From positions 1,240,001-1,295,952 of the forward strand of contig NZ_BAABFP010000002.1 in the NCBI RefSeq assembly GCF_039541115.1: a stretch of DNA of 55,952 nt. The letters run 5' to 3'. The notes below the pieces were generated by a model that saw only the letters and a program-made list of their open reading frames with translations, was not told where the DNA came from and did not search any database. Positions 47,594 to 55,952 of the stretch are shown in pieces; the first letter of the stretch is position 1; each line of letters starts with the position of its first letter. This DNA is from Angustibacter luteus. Lineage in GTDB: Bacteria; Actinomycetota; Actinomycetes; Actinomycetales; Angustibacteraceae. The position numbers and the translations under genes were made by a program.

Positions 47594-48529
47594 GTGGCCG
47601 CAAGGGCACCAGGCTCGCCGCCGGACCACACGGTGTCGACGCAACACGCCGGGTCGACGCAACACGCCGTCAGCAGCCGGATCACCGTGCTCGCGCCGGA
47701 TGGCACGCGGCTGGCCACGTGGGTTCGCCAGCCCGCCGATCCGCTGCCGCACGACGCACCCACCGTCGTGCTCGCGCACGGCTGGACCCTGAACCACGGC
47801 GCGTGGGACCGGGTCACCGACCGGCTCCTGGACCGCCGCGACGTCCGGGTGGTCAGCTACGACCAGCCGGGGCACGGCGAGTCCGGGCGGCACGGGCGCC
47901 GGCACGAGGCCAGCGTGCACGACCTGGGGGATGACCTCGACGCCGTCATCCGCGCCGTCGCACCGCACGGGCCGCTCGTGCTCGCCGGGCACTCGATGGG
48001 CGGCATGACCGTGATGGCGTTCGCCGGGACCCATCCGGACGTCGTCCGCGACCGGGTCCGGGGGGCTCTGCTGGTGAGCACCTCCGCAGGCGACCTGTCC
48101 GGCCTCGGACGCCGCGGCGAGGCGGGGCTCATGCGGGCGCTCGCGCACGTCCCGGCGCTGCGCGGCGGCCGGGCGATCACCGCCCGCGGCCAGCGCGCCC
48201 TGCTGTTCGGGGACGTCGCCGACCCGGCCGACGTCGCCGCTACCCGCGCGATGGTGGCCAGGACCAGACTGTCGTCCGTGGGCGCCTACTACGCAGCCCT
48301 GGGTCGACACGACGAGTACGCCGCGCTCGACGAGCTCACCGACATCCCGACGACCGTGCTCGTCGGCGACCGCGACAAGCTGACACCCGTCTCGCACGCG
48401 CGACGGTTGGCCGAGCGGATTCCGAGCGCCGAGCTGGTCGTGCTGCCCGGCGCCGGCCACATGCTCGGCTACGAGGCGCCCGAGACGATCACCGACCACC
48501 TGTGCGCTCTGCTGGAGGGACCACGATGA
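47594..48529 (+). CDS. Alpha/beta hydrolase (esterase/lipase)
   Basis: LAHGW, YDQPGHGES, GHSMGG, GDRD, AGHML. Start uncertain. Confidence 0.9.
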   Translation: MAARAPGSPPDHTVSTQHAGSTQHAVSSRITVLAPDGTRLATWVRQPADPLPHDAPTVVLAHGWTLNHGAWDRVTDRLLDRRDVRVVSYDQPGHGESGRHGRRHEASVHDLGDDLDAVIRAVAPHGPLVLAGHSMGGMTVMAFAGTHPDVVRDRVRGALLVSTSAGDLSGLGRRGEAGLMRALAHVPALRGGRAITARGQRALLFGDVADPADVAATRAMVARTRLSSVGAYYAALGRHDEYAALDELTDIPTTVLVGDRDKLTPVSHARRLAERIPSAELVVLPGAGHMLGYEAPETITDHLCALLEGPR

Positions 48530-50082
48530 GCACCGAGGACGCGACCCTCGCGACTGGCTCGACTCCCGCGGACGTGGTGCACGAGGCGGTCGTCGTGGGC
48601 ACCGGCTTCGGCGGTCTCGCCGCGGCGATCGAGCTGCGTCGCACCGGGGTCCAGGACGTCGTCCTGCTGGAGAAGGCGGACGACCTCGGCGGCGTCTGGC
48701 GGGACAACCGCTACCCCGGCTGTGCCTGCGACGTCCGCTCGCACCTGTACTCGTTCTCGTTCGCACCGTCCTCCCAGTGGTCCCGGACGTTCGCGCGGCA
48801 GCCGGAGATCTGGGAGTACCTGCGCACGGTCGCCGCCGACTTCGGTGTGGCAGAACGGATCCGGTACGGCGAGGAGCTCGTGGACGCCCGGTACGTCAAC
48901 GGCACCTGGCAGCTGACCACGGCCCGCGGCACGTCGCTGCGCACCCGCTCGCTCGTGCTGGCGACCGGCGCGCTGCACGAGCCGTCCCTGCCGTCCATCG
49001 AGGGGCTGGACTCGTTCGGCGGCACCATCTTCCACACCGCGAACTGGCCGGACGACGACACCGCGGCGATCGACGGACGCCGGGTCGCCGTCCTGGGCAC
49101 GGGGGCCAGCGCCGTGCAGGCGGTGCCCCAGCTCGCCCCGCGCGCCGCGCACCTGACCGTGCTGCAGCGCACGCCGCCGTGGATCCTGCCCAAGGCGGAC
49201 CGGCCGGTGAGCGAGCGCGAGCAGCGCTGGCTGGAGAAGGTGCCCGGACTCAACTGGCTGGTGCGCTCGGGCATCTACTGGCGCAACGAGTCCCAGGTCA
49301 TCGCGTTCACCTCCAAGCCCGGCGTGATGAAGGTGATGGAGAAGCTCAGCCGCCGGACGCTGAGCAAGGCGGTCACCGACCCGGTCGTGCGCGAGAAGCT
49401 CACCCCGCAGTACCGGATGGGCTGCAAGCGGATCCTGCTGAGCAACGACTACCTGCCGACGTACAACCGGCCGGACGTCACCCTCGAAACCGCCGCGATC
49501 GCGCGTATCGAGCCCGACGCGGTGGTGACCGTCGAGGGCGTCCGGCACGAGGTCGACACGCTCGTGCTCAGCACCGGGTTCGCCGTCACCGAGCCGTTCC
49601 AGCACCTGACCGTGACCGGTCCGGGCGGGCGCACGCTGCGCGAGGCCTGGGCCGAGGGCATGCAGGCGCACCTGGGGGTCACGGTCGCCGGCTTCCCCAA
49701 CCTGTTCTTCGTGGTCGGCCCGAACTCCGGACTGGGCCACAACTCGATGATCTTCATGATCGAGACGCAGACCCGCTACCTGGCGCAGTGCATCTCGTTG
49801 CGGGACAAGGCCGGAGCGCGCTCCATCGGCGTCCCGCAGCAGGTCCAGGACGAGTTCAACGCCGAGCTGACCAAGCGCAGCAAGCACACGGTGTGGGCGT
49901 CCGGCTGCCACAGCTGGTACATCGACCGGTTCGGAAACAACCGGGTGCTGTGGCCGGCGTCCACGGTCAACTTCTGGCGCCGTACCCGGCGCGTCGACCC
50001 GCGGCACGTCGTCCTGGATCCCGAGCTGGGGCGCGCGGCGGCCAGCCCGGCAGCCAGCCCAACAGAGGGGGTGTCGGCGTGA
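48526..50082 (+). CDS. Flavin-containing (Baeyer-Villiger-type) monooxygenase
   Basis: GTGFGG, GGVWRDNRYPGCACD, FGGTIFHTANWP (FxGxxxHxxxW), GTGASA. Confidence 0.93.
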   Translation: MSTEDATLATGSTPADVVHEAVVVGTGFGGLAAAIELRRTGVQDVVLLEKADDLGGVWRDNRYPGCACDVRSHLYSFSFAPSSQWSRTFARQPEIWEYLRTVAADFGVAERIRYGEELVDARYVNGTWQLTTARGTSLRTRSLVLATGALHEPSLPSIEGLDSFGGTIFHTANWPDDDTAAIDGRRVAVLGTGASAVQAVPQLAPRAAHLTVLQRTPPWILPKADRPVSEREQRWLEKVPGLNWLVRSGIYWRNESQVIAFTSKPGVMKVMEKLSRRTLSKAVTDPVVREKLTPQYRMGCKRILLSNDYLPTYNRPDVTLETAAIARIEPDAVVTVEGVRHEVDTLVLSTGFAVTEPFQHLTVTGPGGRTLREAWAEGMQAHLGVTVAGFPNLFFVVGPNSGLGHNSMIFMIETQTRYLAQCISLRDKAGARSIGVPQQVQDEFNAELTKRSKHTVWASGCHSWYIDRFGNNRVLWPASTVNFWRRTRRVDPRHVVLDPELGRAAASPAASPTEGVSA

Positions 50083-50897
50083 AGCGCCAGGTGGCGCTGG
50101 TCACCGGCGGCGCGTCCGGGATCGGGCGGTCGTTGGCCGCGGCGCTGGCCAGACGGGGGCACACGGTGGTGATCGCGGACGTCGACGAGACCGCGGCGCA
50201 GGGAGCCGCGGCCTCGCTCGGCGGCCAGGCCGTCGCGCTCGACGTGACGGACCGGACGGCGTTCGCCGCGGTGGCCAAGCAGGTGGTGGCCGACCACGGA
50301 TCGCTGGACCTGCTGTTCAACAACGCGGGCATCGGCGTCGGCGGACTCGTGGACGAGCTCGGCGACGAGCACTGGGACCGGTGTCTCGCCGTCAACCTGC
50401 ACGGGGTGGTGCACGGGGTGCAGGCGGCCGTGCCGATCATGACCGAGCAGGGCAGCGGGCACATCGTGAACACGGCGTCCATGGCCGGACTGATGACCGT
50501 GCCGATGATGCTGCCGTACACGACGACCAAGCACGCCGTCGTCGCGCTGAGCCGGGCGCTGCGCGCCGAGATGGCGCCGGTCGGCGTGCGGGTCAGTGCG
50601 GTGTGCCCGGCATTCATCGCGACGCCCCTGCTGGACAACCTCAACCCTGGGCTCGGCGAGAACGAGGCGACGCGCAGCGTGCGGACGTCCGCCGCGCGCC
50701 TTCAGCCGGGCGGGCTGCCCGGGCCGGACGAGCTGGCCGAGGCGGTGCTGACCGGGGTGGCGCGGAACAAGGCGCTGATCGTGTTCCCACGCGCGCAGTG
50801 GGGCGTCGTCGCCGCGCAGCGCTGGGCGCCGGGCCTGGTGGACCGGCTCATCGGCCAGGAGGTCCGCGCCTACCGCGCCCGCCGCCGTCCCGCCTGA
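50079..50897 (+). CDS. Short-chain dehydrogenase/reductase
   Basis: TGGASGIG, FNNAG, NTAS, YTTTK; GTGA overlap with the monooxygenase. Confidence 0.93.
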   Translation: MKRQVALVTGGASGIGRSLAAALARRGHTVVIADVDETAAQGAAASLGGQAVALDVTDRTAFAAVAKQVVADHGSLDLLFNNAGIGVGGLVDELGDEHWDRCLAVNLHGVVHGVQAAVPIMTEQGSGHIVNTASMAGLMTVPMMLPYTTTKHAVVALSRALRAEMAPVGVRVSAVCPAFIATPLLDNLNPGLGENEATRSVRTSAARLQPGGLPGPDELAEAVLTGVARNKALIVFPRAQWGVVAAQRWAPGLVDRLIGQEVRAYRARRRPA

Positions 50898-50904
50898 CCC
50901 TCGC

Positions 50905-50996
50905 TTCCGCCACCCAGCCCGGTTTCCGCCACCCAACCCGGTTTCCGCCACCCAACCCGGTTCTGGAGTCACAAGACCGGCCTGAGGGGCGGAAGC
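50905..50996. repeat. Family B element, copy 2
   Basis: Three tandem 19-bp units TTCCGCCACCCA(G/A)CCCGGT (50905-50961) followed by one inverted unit ACCGGCCTGAGGGGCGGAA. Confidence 0.85.
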
Positions 50997-51105
50997 AGGT
51001 GGGTGAAGGCCGCGAGCGGCCCCTTCAGCGGAGCCCGATTCGAGCCGATGTGCGCCACACGCGGGCCCGCTCGGTGCCCGCGTCCCGCCTGGAGAGGACC
51101 TGTCC

Positions 51106-51693
51106 GTGCGACGCGCGCCCATCGGCCTGCTGTGTGTTCCCTTGATCCTGGCCGGCGCGACTGCCGGCTGCTCCGCCGGCGCGTTGTCCGCACCGATCAA
51201 GGCGGCTGCTGCAGCCGGCGAGCCGCCCGTGGTGGCCACCGGATCGCCGTTCACCGTCGAGCAGTTCGGCCTCACCCCGGTAGACCTCACGCTGAGGTAC
51301 CGCGAGTGCCGGACCGTCATGCCACCTGACGCGAGCCCCGCCGTAGCCGCCTACGTGAACGCCACCAACAGTGCGCTGCCGGGGGAGCTGCTGCTCACCC
51401 TGGCCCTCGACGACGGACCGGCCGATGCCACGGAGCGCGCCGAGCAGCTGCGGCTGGACACGATCAAGCTCGCGGCGATCAAGGCCGACCCCGAGCTGGC
51501 CAAGGCGGCAACGGCTCTCATCAGGTCCGTGTCCAACTACGACAAGGTCCTCACGATCTCGAAGGGCGACAAGATCTGGCAGAGCAATGCGCCCGTCGCG
51601 CACGCGTACAACAACGATCGCTCCGCAGCCAGCCAGCGCCTGCGTGCGGCCCTCCACCTGCCGCCCAGCGCCTGTGCCGTGCGGCGGCCCTGA
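51106..51693 (+). CDS. Hypothetical exported protein, possible lipoprotein
   Basis: MRR + hydrophobic stretch + TAGC lipobox-like motif; GAGGA upstream; convergent with clpB. Confidence 0.65.
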   Translation: MRRAPIGLLCVPLILAGATAGCSAGALSAPIKAAAAAGEPPVVATGSPFTVEQFGLTPVDLTLRYRECRTVMPPDASPAVAAYVNATNSALPGELLLTLALDDGPADATERAEQLRLDTIKLAAIKADPELAKAATALIRSVSNYDKVLTISKGDKIWQSNAPVAHAYNNDRSAASQRLRAALHLPPSACAVRRP

Positions 51694-51696
51694 GCG

Positions 51697-54291
<2,595 letters not shown>

Positions 54292-54342
54292 GCGTGATCT
54301 CCTGATCGTGCTTCGGTGGTCACCTTGGTCAACGCGCACAAA

Positions 54343-54363
54343 GTTGAGTGTGTTCCGCTCAAC
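54343..54363. promoter_or_regulatory. HAIR (HspR-associated inverted repeat) upstream of clpB
   Basis: GTTGAGT-N7-GCTCAAC versus the consensus CTTGAGT-N7-ACTCAAG. Confidence 0.85.
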
Positions 54364-54400
54364 CTTATCGGGATCGGCGCAGAACCGGCAGGATGGGCGG

Positions 54401-55306
54401 ATGGACATCGAGGCGGTCGTCGACGAGCTGTACCGGCTACCGCCCGACGAGTTCACCGGACGCCGCGACGAGCTGGCCGCCGACGCGAAGGCCGACGGGG
54501 ACGCCGCACTGGCCAAGCAGGTCAAGGCGCTGCGCCGTCCCACCGCCTCGGCCGCGCTGATGAACCAGCTGGCCCGCGACGAATCCGACTCCCTGGCCGA
54601 CTACCTCGAGCTCGGCGAGCAGCTGCGCGAGGCCCAGGCCAACCTGTCCGGCGATGACCTGCGCCGCCTCGGCCAGGAGCGCCAACGTGCCGCCGCCACG
54701 CTGGTGAAGCGCGCCGTCCTGCTGTCCGCCGGACCGGTCAGCCCGGCCGTGTGCGGGGAGCTCGACGCCACCTTGCTGGCCGCCGTCGCCGACCCGGCGG
54801 CCGGCCAGGCGGTCGTATCCGGCGCCCTGACGCGCGCCCTGTCGTACGCCGGCCTCGGCGAGGTCGACATCACCGCGGCCACCGCGACGCCGCTCAGCTC
54901 GACCTCCCCGGCCCCACGGACGACGTCCGGCGGGCCGCCGCCCAGCCCGGCGCCGGCGTCCGGTGACGGGACCCGGCGACGGTCCAAGGAGGACCAGCTC
55001 GCCGAACGCCGGACGGCCGCGGACGAGCGGCTGAGCCAGGCCGAGGAGGACATCCGCGAGGCCGCGCGCGCCGTCCAGGCGTCGATGCAGGCCGAGCTGG
55101 ACGCTGAGCAGGCGCAGCAGACGGCCGAGCGCGAGGTCGAGGATCTGCGCGAGAAGCTCACCCAGGCCCGGTTCGCCGTCCGCGCCGCGCAGCAGCAGCT
55201 CACCACCGCGCACAGCGACCGCGCCACCGCCGAGCGCGCGGTCAGCGCGGCCGAGAAGGCGCGGGACAAGGCCAAGCGGCAGCGCGACATCCTCGGGGAG
55301 GACTGA
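54401..55306 (+). CDS. Conserved actinobacterial hypothetical protein with C-terminal coiled coil
   Basis: [26 protein letters not shown]...[12 protein letters not shown]; Ala/Glu/Arg-rich tail. Confidence 0.8.
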   Translation: MDIEAVVDELYRLPPDEFTGRRDELAADAKADGDAALAKQVKALRRPTASAALMNQLARDESDSLADYLELGEQLREAQANLSGDDLRRLGQERQRAAATLVKRAVLLSAGPVSPAVCGELDATLLAAVADPAAGQAVVSGALTRALSYAGLGEVDITAATATPLSSTSPAPRTTSGGPPPSPAPASGDGTRRRSKEDQLAERRTAADERLSQAEEDIREAARAVQASMQAELDAEQAQQTAEREVEDLREKLTQARFAVRAAQQQLTTAHSDRATAERAVSAAEKARDKAKRQRDILGED

Positions 55307-55307
55307 C

Positions 55308-55895
55308 GTGCCACCGATCAGCGGCGAGGACTGGTACGCCCGCGACCTGTCCGGCGAGCGATTCGAGAACGAGCAGCTGCTGGACGTCGACCTCACCGAG
55401 TCGCGCGGCCAGGGCGCCGTCTTCGACAGCTGCACCTTCCGCGGCGTGCGGTTCAACGTGTCCGAGTACACCGACTCCGCGTTCCTGTCCTGCACGTTCG
55501 TGCGGTGCTCGTTCTTCGACGCGCGGTTCACCGGCTGCAAGCTGACCGGCAGCACCTTCGACGGCTGCGACTGGGGGCCGGTGCGGGTCGAGCGGGGCGA
55601 CTGGTCGTTCGTCACGCTGGCCGGTGCCGACCTGCGCTCGGCCACGTTCAGCGGCGTGCGGATGCGCGAGGCCGACTTGTCCCGGGTGCGGTTGGACGAC
55701 GCGAGCCTGCGCGGGTGCGACACCTCGGGGGCGTCGTGGCGCGGGGCGAACGTGAGCGGGTGCGACCTGCGGGGTAGCGACCTGTCGACGCTCGACCCGG
55801 TGGGTGCGCAACTGCGGGGCGCGCGGATCACCATCGACCAGGCGGTGCAGCTCGCCGAGGCGCTGGGACTCGACGTGCGGCCGGACGCCGACTAG
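55308..55895 (+). CDS. Pentapeptide repeat protein
   Basis: Runs of [AC](D/T)(F/L)xx units, e.g. CTFRG, CSFFD, ARFTG, ADLRS, ADLSR, CDLRG. Confidence 0.93.
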   Translation: MPPISGEDWYARDLSGERFENEQLLDVDLTESRGQGAVFDSCTFRGVRFNVSEYTDSAFLSCTFVRCSFFDARFTGCKLTGSTFDGCDWGPVRVERGDWSFVTLAGADLRSATFSGVRMREADLSRVRLDDASLRGCDTSGASWRGANVSGCDLRGSDLSTLDPVGAQLRGARITIDQAVQLAEALGLDVRPDAD

Positions 55896-55952
55896 CTGTA
55901 CTGACCACACAGGTTGGGGACGCGACTGGCCGGTGGTTGGCCGCCGAGTGCG
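55892..55952 (-). mobile_element. Right end of an IS481-family insertion sequence (transposase C-terminus, partial)
   Basis: Minus strand encodes ...ALGGQPPASRVPNLCGQYS*, a typical IS481 transposase tail. The element end TGTACTGACC.. starts at 55897, and the stop codon comes from the flanking ACTAGC (NCTAGN target). Confidence 0.8.

Noticed and set aside
47635..47670. 18-bp in-frame duplication (STQHAG/STQHAV) at the hydrolase 5' end
   Set aside because: Simple local duplication in a probably unstructured N-terminus with no sign of function.
50905..50961. 19-bp tandem repeats as a possible CRISPR array
   Set aside because: The units are contiguous with no spacers, too short, and there are no cas genes; treated as a REP-like family.
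55308..55895. Qnr/MfpA-type quinolone resistance call for the pentapeptide protein
   Set aside because: The pentapeptide fold alone does not establish gyrase protection; this needs a phylogeny or assay.
55918..55952. CGCGACTGGC..GGTGG resembling the start of a ZTP (pfl) riboswitch
   Set aside because: Better explained as the antisense of an IS481 transposase C-terminus and terminal repeat.

Overview
High-GC actinomycete core-chromosome segment (genus not determinable from sequence alone). Its backbone is the conserved actinobacterial gene run purL-purQ-purS / purC-purD / purA / DUF3151-fbaA / trmH-dedA / pyrE / xth / clpB, interspersed with transporters, regulators and oxidoreductases; about 55 CDS are supported. 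No rRNA, tRNA or CRISPR array was seen. The most notable items are: (1) an AbiEi-like/Vsr-like nuclease gene bracketed by long inverted repeats, with the same repeat recurring elsewhere in the window as an empty 86-bp palindrome and a solo end, suggesting a REP/MITE family with its own cognate protein; (2) a tightly coupled four-gene lipid operon (fatty acyl-CoA reductase-HAD fusion, Zn dehydrogenase, LarA/DUF2088-like protein, PlsC-like acyltransferase) whose predicted chemistry fits ether-lipid synthesis; (3) two multi-hairpin intergenic ncRNA candidates; (4) an RNase HI with an N-terminal beta-clamp-like motif; (5) an ECF42-DGPF pair with its cognate promoter, a HAIR box at clpB, and the end of an IS481-family element at the right edge. 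Several start codons were re-called from the ORF track and are approximate.
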